NCBI GenBank assembly: GCA_030324005.1
Contig: JARDVH010000084.1
Coordinates: 54,119,144-54,183,143 of the forward strand
Length of the DNA stretch: 64,000 bases
Direction of reading: 5' to 3'
Source of the DNA: Negaprion brevirostris
Lineage: Eukaryota
Shown: positions 24,906 to 38,299 of the stretch, in pieces
Position numbering within the stretch: position 1 is the first letter of the stretch
Layout: the number at the start of each line of letters is the position of its first letter
Made by a program: the position numbers and the translations under genes
Notes under the pieces: model-generated
The model's input: only the letters and a program-made list of their open reading frames with translations
Database searches by the model: none
What the model was told of the DNA's origin: nothing

Positions 24906-25629
24906 TCATTGTAAGAGCCTTTTCAATACTATTACATCAACTCCNNNNNNNNNNNNNNNNNNNNNNNNNNNNNNNNNNNNNNNNNNNNNNNNNNNNNNNN
25001 NNNNNNNNNNNNNNNNNNNNNACAGGACTTAGTTTACCCCTCAAGCATACTCTTGTAAAGTCTTAATAATTATTTCTTCATCTTGACGTCTACAGGAAGC
25101 TATAATCTTTCTCTTAATGAGAACTAAGTAGCAGTAGAATATTACACTTGTTATTTTTCAAAAGCTAATTAATATTTTTGTACTTAAAACAAAATCTTTC
25201 CATAAACTTTCAATTTGTTTCCGGGGAAAATTGTATTCTTTCTTCAATGTTACATCGCCTGGAGAAATTGTTGTGATGTGCTACTGATCCAGATGGCAAG
25301 GGAATCTAACTTATGATGGGATCATTAATGCAGCCTTAATTAATGATCATATCTCAATCATTATTTTGGCTTCCTAGTACTTTCTGGTTTAGTAATTTCT
25401 GGCAGACAGTTTCTTTATCATTCTCCAAGTATGTCAGCATTTACTGATTCAACAGGTTGCAGTTTTCATTTTTAAAAATGGTTTTCCAGTGCCCACAATT
25501 AACATAATTCTCTTTAATTAACATAAATGCCATTTTGGCCGATTGTGAACAGAGACTTCTATGTTCCCTAATGTTAAGACAATGCTAATTTCAGACATTT
25601 TGCTGGAATGAACAACCTGATCTGTTTAG

Positions 25630-26332
25630 GTTATGATGATACTGTGCCTTTAAGAAATGTATTTGTTGTGCTTCTTGTGATGGGTATACTTACAATTCAT
25701 CTGTGGTTTACCTGGTGACGAGCTATCTACAAACCAGGCAGCTCCATGTTGAGAATTGGAGCTAATGCATTTTTGTTTATTTTTGTTTTTTCCCTAGGGT
25801 TTCAGAAAAGGGTTTAGTTACATTGATTAACAAGAGACAGTTATGTGAATGGACGGAAAAACCATTTTGTTTTCTTCTTGGTCCTAAAAGAAGCTAGATG
25901 TCTCTCACTAGAAGCTGCTGTTTGAGACCTGCTAAAAGACATGGCCTCTCCCTTTCTCTCTCCAGGAGTAATTATAGGCTCTAGGATTGTACAGAGTAAA
26001 AAAAAAGATGCTTGTGATGTTTGATTTTGAAGCGGAGTTTAAGTCTATGAGGAATATTGCTTAATGTGGAACCACTAGAGATAGGTTAGCAGTCAAGAAT
26101 TGTACCTTGTCATGGTTAAGTATTTTAATTGGTGAAAGTTAAGCTAATGAATTCATTATAGTTAAACCTTTTTGTTAAATAAAACTTGTTTTGATAAAAG
26201 CTTCCTAGTGTGTCAGTAGAATCGCATCTGGAATGAAACAGCTTATCCACACACTAATGCCAAAATAAAAAAATGTTACGAAATTAGACTAAATCTCAAT
26301 ATACCTTGGAGATCCTGATCTGGTCCCTAACA
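25630..26332 (+). mobile_element. Probable solo LTR (about 700 bp)
   Basis: starts gttatg, ends gatctggtccctaACA; internal AATAAA motifs near the 3' end; no target-site duplication confirmed. Confidence 0.4.
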
Positions 26333-26354
26333 AGGTTGAAACATTCTCTTTATT

Positions 26355-26574
26355 CAGCGGATAGCTATGAACATTGTCGGACAATACAGCAGGATATCGA
26401 TAGACTGGAAAATTGGGTGGAGAAATGGCAGGTGGAATTTAATCCAGATAAATGCGAGGTGATGCATTTTGGACAAACTAATGTAGGGGGGAGTTAGACA
26501 ATAAATGGCAGGGCCATCAAGAGTATAGAAACACAGAGGGACCTAGGTGTGCAAGTCCACAAATCCTTGAAGGT
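26355..26574 (+). mobile_element. CR1 LINE RT fragment running into a 957-N gap
   Basis: IQQDIDRLENWVEKWQVEFNPDKCEVMHFG, QRDLGVQVHKSLK. Confidence 0.9.
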
Positions 26575-27990
26575 NNNNNNNNNNNNNNNNNNNNNNNNNN
26601 NNNNNNNNNNNNNNNNNNNNNNNNNNNNNNNNNNNNNNNNNNNNNNNNNNNNNNNNNNNNNNNNNNNNNNNNNNNNNNNNNNNNNNNNNNNNNNNNNNNN
26701 NNNNNNNNNNNNNNNNNNNNNNNNNNNNNNNNNNNNNNNNNNNNNNNNNNNNNNNNNNNNNNNNNNNNNNNNNNNNNNNNNNNNNNNNNNNNNNNNNNNN
26801 NNNNNNNNNNNNNNNNNNNNNNNNNNNNNNNNNNNNNNNNNNNNNNNNNNNNNNNNNNNNNNNNNNNNNNNNNNNNNNNNNNNNNNNNNNNNNNNNNNNN
26901 NNNNNNNNNNNNNNNNNNNNNNNNNNNNNNNNNNNNNNNNNNNNNNNNNNNNNNNNNNNNNNNNNNNNNNNNNNNNNNNNNNNNNNNNNNNNNNNNNNNN
27001 NNNNNNNNNNNNNNNNNNNNNNNNNNNNNNNNNNNNNNNNNNNNNNNNNNNNNNNNNNNNNNNNNNNNNNNNNNNNNNNNNNNNNNNNNNNNNNNNNNNN
27101 NNNNNNNNNNNNNNNNNNNNNNNNNNNNNNNNNNNNNNNNNNNNNNNNNNNNNNNNNNNNNNNNNNNNNNNNNNNNNNNNNNNNNNNNNNNNNNNNNNNN
27201 NNNNNNNNNNNNNNNNNNNNNNNNNNNNNNNNNNNNNNNNNNNNNNNNNNNNNNNNNNNNNNNNNNNNNNNNNNNNNNNNNNNNNNNNNNNNNNNNNNNN
27301 NNNNNNNNNNNNNNNNNNNNNNNNNNNNNNNNNNNNNNNNNNNNNNNNNNNNNNNNNNNNNNNNNNNNNNNNNNNNNNNNNNNNNNNNNNNNNNNNNNNN
27401 NNNNNNNNNNNNNNNNNNNNNNNNNNNNNNNNNNNNNNNNNNNNNNNNNNNNNNNNNNNNNNNNNNNNNNNNNNNNNNNNNNNNNNNNNNNNNNNNNNNN
27501 NNNNNNNNNNNNNNNNNNNNNNNNNNNNNNNCACTGGTGAATTTGAGTATTAACACTGGTCCATTGGGTCATTTCATGAACCATTTTTCTAACTGTGAAA
27601 ATAAATTAAATTTTCAGCATTTACCCTTACTTGGGGTAGGTCTTGAAAATTAGGTATTTAAAACTGAATCAGCCTGTGTTTACTGGGATGACTTAATTGT
27701 TAAAAAAAAATTGTATATATTCCTTAAGAGAAGTTTGTTAATTTTCTGCTGTGAAGGGGTTGTCCAGTAGTTTAGAAGCAAAAAGCAATATTTCGTAGTC
27801 TTCTCTAACATTAAAGCCTAAAAGACTTTGTTTTGCATATTTAAAATACCTCATAACTGCTTTATCCTTTAGTTTGCTGAATTAGAAAGGAATGCACAGG
27901 TAAAATATTCCAGCTAAATAGCCTCATTCTAGATATATACAAGAAAGGGGGATCCAAAGTAATNNNNNNNNNNTTTATTTTCTCTTTTAG

Positions 27991-28116
27991 CACTATGCTG
28001 CCATCATGAAATATATAAGCCAGCCCCCACTCTTGCTGGATGTTCACATACATAAGCCAATGCTGAATGCACGAACATGGATGGATGCCTTGCTAGCATT
28101 TTTCCCAGGCCTTCAG
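27991..28116 (+). CDS. EDEM3: EDEM3 exon 10
   Basis: tctcttttAG / GTggtg; 126 nt; [42 protein letters not shown]. Confidence 0.97.
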
Positions 28117-30516
28117 GTGGTGATTTTCTTCCTTTGAAGAGTTTTGAGTCTTATACATACTACTGATTACATAATTAAAGTTAATAATTAATTCTAACGC
28201 TGAAATTTTTTGAGAAGGGAAATATAACTTAATGCCTACTGTTCCTTAAACAGAAGCATGATCACGTTTCAACAATGGAAGCATGAAGAGAAACTTTTTC
28301 ATGAAACCCGTGGTTAAGATCTGAAATACATTGGACAAGAGTGTGATAGAGACAGGTTCAATTGATTATTATTTGCAAAGAGAGACTGCAGTGATATGGG
28401 GAGGAGGCAGGAGAATGGCACGAGGTACATTGCTCTTGGTGAGCTAGTGTGGATATGATGGGCTGAATGGCCACTTTGTGTGCTGTAATAATTCTGTGAA
28501 ATCATCAAGTGTGGTGAAGACTTAAGACTAGTTTAATAAAATATTTTTCAAAAAAAACCGATAAGACAGTTGTTATTGAAGATTGACTGCCGTCTGCCTA
28601 CCGCAATTGAACTCAGTTGTGCGTTTTAGGAATTGATGAGAGTAGCTGCTTTAAATAACGTTAAAGAGAAAATTAACTATTAGGTGGTGAGAGATTGGCA
28701 TTGTAGATCCTGGAAGCAGATCATTTCTAATATTTTGTGAATGCTGTGGAGAAAGCCAAAAGTACAAAGCATTGAGAAATAGCTTCCCCAACAATAAAGC
28801 CTGGTGTCAAACGAATGTACTAGCTAAAGGCTTTAAAAATAAATTTGTCAGTAACCTTACTAATTGTTTGTTCAATGGGTTAGGTCTCACCTGTTCCATA
28901 AAGGACTAATATCAAGCACAAACGTAACCTTGAATTTTTAAAAATCTAGACATTAATTAAAAAATTCTTTATTGATAAGGTTGTTTGTTGTATGATTAAA
29001 TGAATCTCAAAATAAAACAGCAATGGTAGGTGAAATTCTATTGGCTGATCTTTGAGCAATGCAGTTAATGAGCCCCAAAGGCCGTTAGTTACGAGGAATT
29101 GGAGTAAGAAATGCTTCACATTTACAGATATCCATGAAAAATGATGTGAAAACAATATTTCCCAGAATAAACCGACTTCTGTCTGACTGCTGTTTAGGTA
29201 ATGTGCTTGCTCTATGGAGGTAGAAAACTTAGAGAGGCAGCGATTGTCACACCTGGGATTTGAAAAAAATCGGGTGAATTCTTGTGACCAACTTGGTTAT
29301 ATGTTTTATCTGAAAAATCTTATCTTTGTGGCAGTAATGAGAAACTCAATATAGTTTGTGGTTTCTTGTTAACCTTATATGGATATTTTAGTCTGTTGTT
29401 GACACTTGTGTTCTGAAAGTGTCTTCAATTACATTTTAATATGGTGTTCAGGCAACTCGAGTACTGCACTTTGTGTATAGTATTATCACATACAAAAGTG
29501 GACAGGCTTTTGTAGACTGTGATATAATGTGGCCCAGGTGACACCGATAAGGAATGCAAGTTTTATTGTTACAAAATTAAAATATTTGCGGATCCAGGAA
29601 ATCTGAAATAAAAACAAAAAATGTGAATACTCCGCAGGTCAGGCAGTATCTGTGGAGTGAGAAGCAGTGTTAACATTTCAGGTTGATGGTCTTTAATCAG
29701 ACCTTGTGTTTCCCTCACCATCAATGCTCCCAGGCCTACTGAGCATTCCCAGCGTTTTCTGTTATTACATGTTTCATCATTTTGGTTTGTGGCACCATTT
29801 GACCTTTGAGATTCAGCTGCTGCCCTTCCAGCTGAATTTACATCTGAATATAACTTGTATTAGCAATCATAAGTTTTGTTTAGCTTAGTATTTGATTATA
29901 TGATTACCTTACTCTGTGGCAAAATGTAAAATTATGTACTTCAGAGACTGCGTGGTGTCAGTGTCTCATTTATAATATCTTGGATCAAAGAAAATAGCCG
30001 CACTTCTTCAGCCTTGGCAGCTTTGTTTTGTAGTTGATTGTGAAGTGAGTGAAACATAATTTATTGATGCTTGACTTGCATCCCAGTTGTCTAGCTATTA
30101 TTGACAGCTGTTTGTAAATGATTATATTTAAGCACCATTTAGCTGAAGGCTGATTGACAAAACATTATTTTTATAATTAGAGCAGCTGAAATTTATCAAA
30201 TGACGCTGGCACAATCTGATTGTGAATTTAATTTTATTTGATGCATGGAAAGACTGAAAACACTGGAAACGATAAACAGAAAATTCTGGGAGTACATAGC
30301 AGATCATATAGCATCAGTAAAAACAAACAAGACAAGTTAGTGTTTTGGGTTGCCCTCAACATTAACTGATCTCTTCATGTTAGTGGTGCCTTGTGGTTTG
30401 TATTTCTAGCATTTTCCATTAATATTTGCTGTGTATATGAATTGGTATGTTGTGAATAATTTTCTATTATGTGGTGTTCAGTCTTTATAAAATGCAATTT
30501 GGTTTATATTTTTTAG

Positions 30517-30600
30517 GTGTTGAAGGGGGATATTCGCCCTGCTATAGAGACGCATGAGATGTTGTACCAAGTTACGAAAAAACACAACTTCTTGCCAGAG
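30517..30600 (+). CDS. EDEM3: EDEM3 exon 11
   Basis: tttttAG / GTagca; 84 nt; [28 protein letters not shown]. Confidence 0.97.
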
Positions 30601-31371
30601 GTAGCAGAGCTTTCCAGTACTTTCATTTGTTTGACTTCGTTTTGGTTCTTTAAGTCTTTTAATGTCAATGGATTGGCTTATCAATAGATAAAGTCTGGAA
30701 TATTTGACTGTTCTTTCTTTGACTTTTTTTTATGTGTTGTCAATTTTGTAGTCGTGGTTTAATGCAATCCTATCTGCTACATCTGCAACTGCATTTTGAC
30801 AAAAGTCCCAGCCCTCTTCAACTGACATCTTTTGCTCACTTCAATGTGTGTTTCTTTTGATGTATTGGTGTCTAAATCTTTAATTGATCTTTCTTTCCTT
30901 CACCTTACTGAAAGTAGATGTTAAAAGGTGTAGGAAGAAATGGGTAGCTCTTTCAAATGCATGACCGTGACTTCCTTCTGTACTTTAGCATTCTATGATT
31001 TGGACAAGGGGCTTCTCATTCCCAAGGTAATTCCCTGAACCATGCCATCAGAAACAAACAGTGAGATGCTAGTATAGGTAATTTAGCTGTATGCAATGTG
31101 GCTACCGCATTTGCTGACATAACAGTGAGTACACTACAAAATAATTTATTCTAGACTGAAGTACCTGGGGACACTTCTGAAAGATGTCTCTTTTTTTTAT
31201 ATTTCTCTCCTGGTAAGGAAACAATGAAATATTTGTTTGTCAAGTGATTTCTTTCTCATTCCTTCCCTCTAATCTCTACCATCACGATCTTTTTTTCTCT
31301 TTCAGTAGTTAATTTATACGACACAATCAAAGGTTTTCTGAACTTTAGTCTCTTACTCTCCTAAGCTCCAA

Positions 31372-31695
31372 TTTTTTTAACATTCATTCTTTGGAAATGA
31401 ATATTGCTGACAAGACCAGTTTTTCATTTTTAGGTGCATTTTCTTGAACTGCTGCCATATTTATACTTTGCACTCTCAGGTTCCCTTAGAGGTTCAGTAA
31501 GGATGACTGGTTTCTTTCCCTAAAGAATATAAGTGAGTCAGTGGTCTTTTAGAACAGTCGGACAACTTCATGGCACTGATAGCAATGTTTTATTTTTGAT
31601 TTCTATTATTCAAATTCTCAAACTATCGTGGTAAAATTTGAACTGGCTTTCTTTGAAATAATAGTCCAGTCACAGCCACTACACCACAATTCTCC
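31372..31695 (-). mobile_element. Degraded SINE of the 7.5-kb family
   Basis: ttttttaacattcattc tail, tttctttccctaaagaatataagtga core, ccactacaccac head. Confidence 0.55.
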
Positions 31696-32183
31696 TTAAA
31701 TCCCTAAATCTTCTACTGTAACAAATATTTTAATCCTTCATCCTTTCTTTCTNNNNNNNNNNNNAAAAATCCAAGCTTGAGGTCACCTTGCATTACTACT
31801 TGATTCTGATTTGAGGTCAGATTTACTCTTTTCATTCTTGCTGCTGCTTTTCAGTGAGCCTTAGCCTTTCTCAAAACTTATTTATTTAAGAGAAATGTTT
31901 TAATGTTTCTGAATAAAGTTTTTGGAGAAGAAACTTATAAGAATACCTGTTACAGGGCTAGTTTTGCAGTGAAGGAGTTTTATAAATTCAAGTTTAACTG
32001 TGCCAAGTTAATTAACAGACTAAATTTATAAACAAACTGCAAATAACTCGTGTATCAAGCGATGTGACAAGTATTTAATATCTAAAATTGCAGAAGTGTT
32101 TTTTTTTCTTAAAAGAAGGGGAATCTGAGCATTGTTCTGTAAAATCAGAATTTCCTCATTGGAAGTTTTTGACGTTTTTCTAG

Positions 32184-32267
32184 GCTTTTACCACTGATTT
32201 TAGGGTTCACTGGGCTCAGCATCCTCTCCGACCTGAATTTGCTGAAAGTACCTACTTCTTATACAAG
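32184..32267 (+). CDS. EDEM3: EDEM3 exon 12 (LRPE motif)
   Basis: tttttctAG / GTaagt; 84 nt; [28 protein letters not shown]. Confidence 0.97.
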
Positions 32268-32428
32268 GTAAGTTTCTGTTTTAATCTGATAGAATGTTAT
32301 ATCTTTAGAAAGAAACATATAAAGGTGCAAGAATTCCAACAAAATATGGTGTCAATGGGCAAGTAGCTGATGTTAATTTTTTTGAATATTGATCTAATGT
32401 GAGTGTACGTGTCTGTTATTACAAACAG

Positions 32429-32553
32429 GCTACGGGTGACAAATATTACCTGGAAGTGGGAAAGACCATTATTGAGAACCTGAATAAGTATGCTCGTGTA
32501 CCATGCGGCTTTGCAGCAATGAAAGATGTTCGCACAGGAAGCCACGAAGACAG
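32429..32553 (+). CDS. EDEM3: EDEM3 exon 13
   Basis: aaacAG / GTcaga; 125 nt; [41 protein letters not shown](R). Confidence 0.97.
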
Positions 32554-33486
32554 GTCAGAACTTTTCCCATCTATTATTGGTAGTTTATGATCAGAAAACA
32601 GTTATTTTACCAGAGAAAAAAAATTTAGTGCAATCCACAGAAATATATGAATGAAGGTAATTGAAGCTGTAGAATAATTTCCTTCTCGAGTAGTTTCTTC
32701 TCTCACTTCAATCATAGTTGTTTTTCTGGACAGCAACCATTCTAAATCTCCACAGACATCCAACAACTCTCTCCTAACTTCAGCTATAGGTTCAGTCAGT
32801 GAGCGGTTCCTTGCTTGGTGACGCTGATCATTATTTCTGAGTTTGAATGCCAGTTAGAGTTTCTGGGCTGGGGAAATTACATTCCGAGCAAAATAATCGC
32901 AAAATTCAGAATCTGGTTCACCCGTTTTGATGTTAAAAATTTGTTACCATCGGTGTACCGCCTTCTGGAGATACTCATTGGTAGACATGACTTTGGAAGA
33001 GGTATAGCTGAAGCAAAGTTTATGCAATCTGCCCTGGTATCACTTCCAAATCCAACGCATCTTTTCTGAGGTCCATTACCCAAAACTGAGCACAGTATTC
33101 TATATTGGGCATAACCAAGGCTTTGTAAACTGAAGCATCATTTTCCCACTTTTTTGAATTCCAATCTCCTTGAGATAAAGGCCTTTGTTTCATGCTTGTT
33201 AGATTTGAGTGATTTGTGTGCAGGGGCATTGTTTCTCCACGATCCTTGGTTTTTCAACAACAAGAAAACGTTTCCATTATATCTTTCTCAAGTCGTTTGA
33301 GATTGACCACACAATTCCCTCATTTAACTCCCACCAGCCATAGCTTTATCCACTTTCTTAGTCTATATCCCTTTTCTTTCCTTCCTATTCACACAATTTG
33401 CTGTGCCTCCTAACTTAGTGTCATCTGCAAATTTTGATATACAGCTTTCTTTTTTTTATTCGAGTCTTTAATACATAAAATGAAAA

Positions 33487-33766
33487 GTGGCACAACAATA
33501 CAGTGGTTAGCACTGCTGCTTCACAGCGCCAGGGACCCGTGTTGGATTCCTGGCTTGGGTCACTGTCTGTGTGGAGTTTGCACCTTCTCCCGGGGTCTGC
33601 ATGGGTTTCCTCCAGGTGCTCTGGTTTCATCCCACGTCTGAAAGACATGCTGATTAGGTGCATTGACCCGAACATGTGCTGGACTGTGGCAACTAGGGGA
33701 ATTTCACAGTAACTTCATTGCAGTGTTAATGTACGTCTTACTTGTGATTAATAAATAAAATAATAA
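33487..33766 (+). mobile_element. V-SINE/HE1-like SINE, tail type A
   Basis: A box cagtggttagcac, B-box-like gttggattcc, tail actagggGaatttcacagtaacttcattgcagtgttaatgt...aataaataaaataa. Confidence 0.9.
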
Positions 33767-34073
33767 AGCTGAGGCACCAGGCACATCCCTAGAAAATAGT
33801 GCTTGTCACAATCTGTCAGTCAGCCTGTGTTACTTTTATCCTTATTCTCTACCTCTAATTCAGTGTGCTGTCGGTTTTGCTAATAGTATCTTGTGCAGAA
33901 CTTTTATTAAATGTCATCTCTCAACTGTGTGTCGTGTGGCTGCTAAACACATCTTTGCCCAAGTTTTAAAGTGACAGCTACCAAAGCAACATCATAAAAA
34001 AATCCATTACTTTCATCGGTCTTGTCGTTGATTTAGAGTGCCTTTCTAATGGTTTCTATTCTCTTTTACACAG

Positions 34074-34236
34074 AATGGATTCCTTTTTCTTGGCTGAAAT
34101 GTTTAAATATCTGTATCTGCTCTTTGCGGAGAAAGATGATGTTCTCTTTGATGTTGAGGATTATATCTTCACCACTGAGGCCCATCTATTGCCACTTTGG
34201 CTCTCTACAAACTTTACCAAGAATAGGAATAACCAG
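34074..34236 (+). CDS. EDEM3: EDEM3 exon 14 (SFFLAE and TTEAH GH47 motifs)
   Basis: ttacacAG / GTaggt; 163 nt; [54 protein letters not shown]. Confidence 0.97.
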
Positions 34237-34896
34237 GTAGGTTCTGTAGAGAAGGACACAGGCACCTCTGAGCGAAAGATAACGATGGGTATGATTATAT
34301 AGAAACATTTACTGGACTTTGTGTGCAACCTGGATACAGTATATGCCATCTGAGCAAGTTCAATTGGTGATTAAAATATACATATCAAATTCTTTTTGCT
34401 TTTTCAGCGCAACCTAATTTTACTCAGTGATTTTCAATAATATGTACAGCTTTGACTAGTTAGGCCGATATGAATCCAAATACAATTTTCTCCCCTGCCC
34501 GCCAGATGGTATTTTTACCTGTTGAGCTGTATGCGGTTAATGAGTTGTTACAAAAAGCAACTCCACAATACTTTTGGTATGTGGGAGAGCTGATGGGGTG
34601 GAGTGTGTGTGCGCGCGCGTGCCGGGAGCGGGAATGGTGGGGTGGGGGGTGTTACAACTGTGCCACCGTGCTGCCCACAAATGTATGACTATGCTATAAT
34701 TGATAGGTTCTCTATCCATAAACCAGTTTCACTGACAGGCTTGGTTTCCTGTTACAGTGTAGAGGAGGTGGCAGGATTAGGCATGTCTACATCCTGGCGA
34801 ATCAAGCCTTGCAGACATTGGTGGCAATAATCAAACCTGGTTTCAGAGATGAGGCTGGTGTTGGAAACCCAGGCATAAGGGAGCAGTGAAGGAGGA

Positions 34897-35220
34897 GCAG
34901 CGCAGTAATTAGCATTGCTGCCTCACAGCTTCAGGAACCTGAGTTCAATTCTAGCCTTGCATGACAGTGTGGACTTGCACATTTTCCCAATGTCTATGTG
35001 GGTTTCCTGTGGGTGCTTCAGTTTCCTCCCATAGTCCAAAGATGCAAGATGGGTGGATTGGCCATGTTAAATTGCCCTTTAGTGTTCCAAAATGTGTAGG
35101 TTGGATGGTAAATGTGGGGAATTGCAGGGATAGGATGGGGGACAGGGCCTGGGTACAATACTCTGAGTTGATACAGACTCTATGGGCCAAATGGCCTGTT
35201 CAGAACTTTAGAGATTCTAT
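34897..35220 (+). mobile_element. HE1-like SINE, tail type B
   Basis: tRNA-like head gcagtaattagcattgctgcctcacagc..gagttcaattc, tail ggccaaatggcc...gattctatga. Confidence 0.85.
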
Positions 35221-36296
35221 GAAGAAGGACTTGAGAAATTGAAGGCTTTGGTGGTTGAAGCTGTCTGAGGCCTCATAGCTGGGGAGTATCCGAGGTCTTG
35301 GTAGAAAAGTGGAGGAGATTGGAAGACTCGGGGAAGGGCGGAGGAGTTTGTTGTCCCTGCTGGCAAGGAAATTATTTACCTCTGGTTGTGACAGACCTCG
35401 AGTGGCTTAGCTGCCAGATTTCCGAAGTCTCAGAGAAACCCAGCTGTCAGCAGTTAAATTTCAAATGGAGAATAGCAATGAGCCACATGTAGCTTCATTA
35501 TCATTTTTAAAGTGCCAATCTGCCACCTTGAAGCAGGAAAGGGGAGCAGTGGAGAAAGATTTCAGGCAGAATTCGGGTTTGAGCATTTTAACTAATACCT
35601 GATCCAAACCCATCTGTATTTTGAAGCTAAATCTCCCCTCGTAGCATAAGCAAGGAAACTTGCTGCAATTTTCTATTGAGACTGTGCCATGATTTATAAG
35701 GGGAAAAAATCCTATGCAAGAAAACTTAATTCATCTTGTTCTTTGAATGCTGTCTGACCTGCATGTCTGGTATATTCTGTGCACTGAACAAAATCTTGTA
35801 ACTGATGTTCATTGTCAGCTAGACAATTTAAAACCTACTGAATTGTCTTAGTGGAAAAAAGTACATGGCATCAACTAATGTGTATTTATATTATTCCATT
35901 TCACCAAATTGTGCAACTGCTGCGCTTAGTATGTTAGGACAGGAAGCTCCTTGTATATATTTTAATGCGTTAGTGCATGGGGGAAATATAAAAGGAGGGA
36001 TATCTATACTGCAAAGATCATACCATTCTATTGGATTTGATCCTGCAAGTGACTGCCCCTTTAAAATCTACCTCTGATAACAATATCCAGAGCTCTTACG
36101 ATATCTTTTCATCTTGCCTATGTTATTACTGGCAGAAAAGTGAAACAGCTCCTGCTGGCTGCGTGGACAGTTTAGGTTAGGCGGTGAACAAGTAGAGGAT
36201 TCACCCTACCATTGGTTGTATCTAACATTTTTCTGTCTACATAAGCCTTTCCAGACATTGGGGAAGGACTTGCCAGATGCACAAAAATGTTTTTCA

Positions 36297-36316
36297 CTGT
36301 GTGTGTGTGTGTGTGT
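36297..36316. repeat. (GT)n microsatellite
   Basis: tgtgtgtgtgtgtgtgtgt. Confidence 0.9.
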
Positions 36317-37302
36317 AATCACCATTTATGTGTAGAACAGAAGACACTGTGTGATTTTTGGGAGAGCTCGGGTGCACAGTTTTGAAATCGCATTGAACAC
36401 AGGAGCAAAGGGCACTTCTGCAACAGATTTCAATCATTGAACCAAGCCAGGTGTCCTAAACATCAAACGTTACCATTGAACAGTGCAACCACAAAAGATC
36501 GTGACGTCTGGCTAGGAATAGACACATGTGCTGTGTACTCCTCCTACAAAACTCCACAGAAAAATCCTGATGGATTTGAATCACAAGAAAATATGACTGA
36601 CCCAGTATGTACTGCAGATTTCCTCAGCCTATTGACACTATTCCTGATGTTGAGTGGCTGCTGCCTTCCAGAGATTCTCATTACAAGTCACTTGAGTGCA
36701 TGGCATCACAGAAGTAAACAAGCTTCTTGACCAAAACAAATTTATCATCTCCTCGATCTCCATTATTCTCAGAAGTGTCCTTCATGTCATCAGATGACAC
36801 ACACAGCTTGCATTAATCTCGGGATATAACACGGACCACCCATTCTCAGGAAATTGAATGTAGCACAGAAGCTGAATGCACAGCTTTCATTAAACTTTAT
36901 CCAACACTGACTTTGAAAATTTCCCCTTTCCTTGCCTACTTGATTATTGGTGTAAAATAAGTGTGCATCTTGGCCATGCTCTTCCAAATGGAGATCTCGG
37001 AGTGAATCAAAGCCATGAAGTTTCTCTATTCCCCAACAGCAAACTGTGCTTCACCTCAACCTTCTCTCAGTAGGGAGATTATTCATAACCATCACTTCAA
37101 CCAGATGCTTCCATTGCCTTTTGTGCACACCTGTACATACACCACATCATTTTAAATATAAACGTACACCAATATGTGAAAATGAAGCATCATTCATGCC
37201 TGAAGCTAGGAAAGCAGAAATAGCAATGGGTTCCCTTCCTCAAGCTTCATTCAGCCAAAGGCAAACCCTACCATTCATTGATTCTTTTTTGTCTCTTCCT
37301 AG

Positions 37303-37457
37303 ACGGCAGGTTACATAGATTTGGATGACAACAACTTTGACTGGTCTTGCCCTAATACACAGGTTCTATTTCCAAATGATCCCTCTTATGCTAACAGCAT
37401 TCGTGAACCTTTTAAAAACGTGGTGGACAAAACTTGCCCAAAGGCCAACATTCGACA
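37303..37457 (+). CDS. EDEM3: EDEM3 exon 15
   Basis: ctcttcctAG / GTaaga; 155 nt; [51 protein letters not shown](Q). Confidence 0.95.
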
Positions 37458-38142
37458 GTAAGAATTACTTCTATTCCTAAACCCTGAGATTGTGTGTGCA
37501 AAATTTGATTAATGTTTGGTCTTTTCTAATTGGCTTTATTTTCAAATAAATTACTCTGACTTAAAAATGAACATTAAACACTTCACCAGTGCATTTCATT
37601 ATTATACTGAGTTGTATGTGTTTACAAGTAGCCTATTATAAAACTAAGGACATTTCTATATTAGCAATCATTTAATGTGTTATATCTTGTTTCTGTAAGT
37701 GTACTGCTTGCCTAGTTACTTTTATTTTGAGCATACTAGTCAAACTAAGGCATTTTCAATAATAGAGGAAACAACATGGCTTAGTATAGTAAGGTACACT
37801 GGAGACCTGTGTTTCAGCAGAATGAACTTATTTTTAATTTGTATTAAATAAATGATTATCAATCCATCAATTCAATAAAAGCATAATGTAACAGTGGTGC
37901 AATAGTATATATCTTTTTTCCAGTTCTTTGATCAGACTTGGGATGAATTTATTTATATTTGTGCAAATCTAATTCAAGTTGAAGTGAATGAGTATTCCTA
38001 CATAAGGATTAGTTCGTTGACTATGCTACAGTAGTTTTCTAAAGGGTATAATATTCAGAATAGTTCATTATTTTATGTTATTTTATATTATTTTGCTGAT
38101 GGGAATTAAATTCCATGTATATTTATGTTTTGTTTGTTGCAG

Positions 38143-38299
38143 AGAGGTAGGTGGTGATGAGCCTGGGACCAGGTCACATCTGAGGGCCAGAGATTTTATG
38201 GCCAACAATCCTGAACACCTCGAGTTATTGAAGAAAATGGGAGTCAGCTTAATTCATCTGAAGGATGGCAGAGTCCAGTTGGTTCAGCATGCAAACCAG
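38143..38299 (+). CDS. EDEM3: EDEM3 exon 16
   Basis: ttgttgcAG / GTgaag; 157 nt; [52 protein letters not shown]. Confidence 0.96.

Noticed and set aside
26494-27584. ORFs of 330-355 aa in the ORF track
   Set aside because: Artefacts of translating through a 957-N gap.
33487-33560. tRNA gene-like A and B boxes (also at other SINE heads)
   Set aside because: They continue directly into SINE core and tail, so these are tRNA-derived SINE heads rather than tRNA genes.
36340-37260. A/C-skewed block in intron 14 with a short minus-strand ORF (36790-36987)
   Set aside because: No splice-consistent exons or recognisable domain found; possibly an old transposon remnant, but I cannot support a call.
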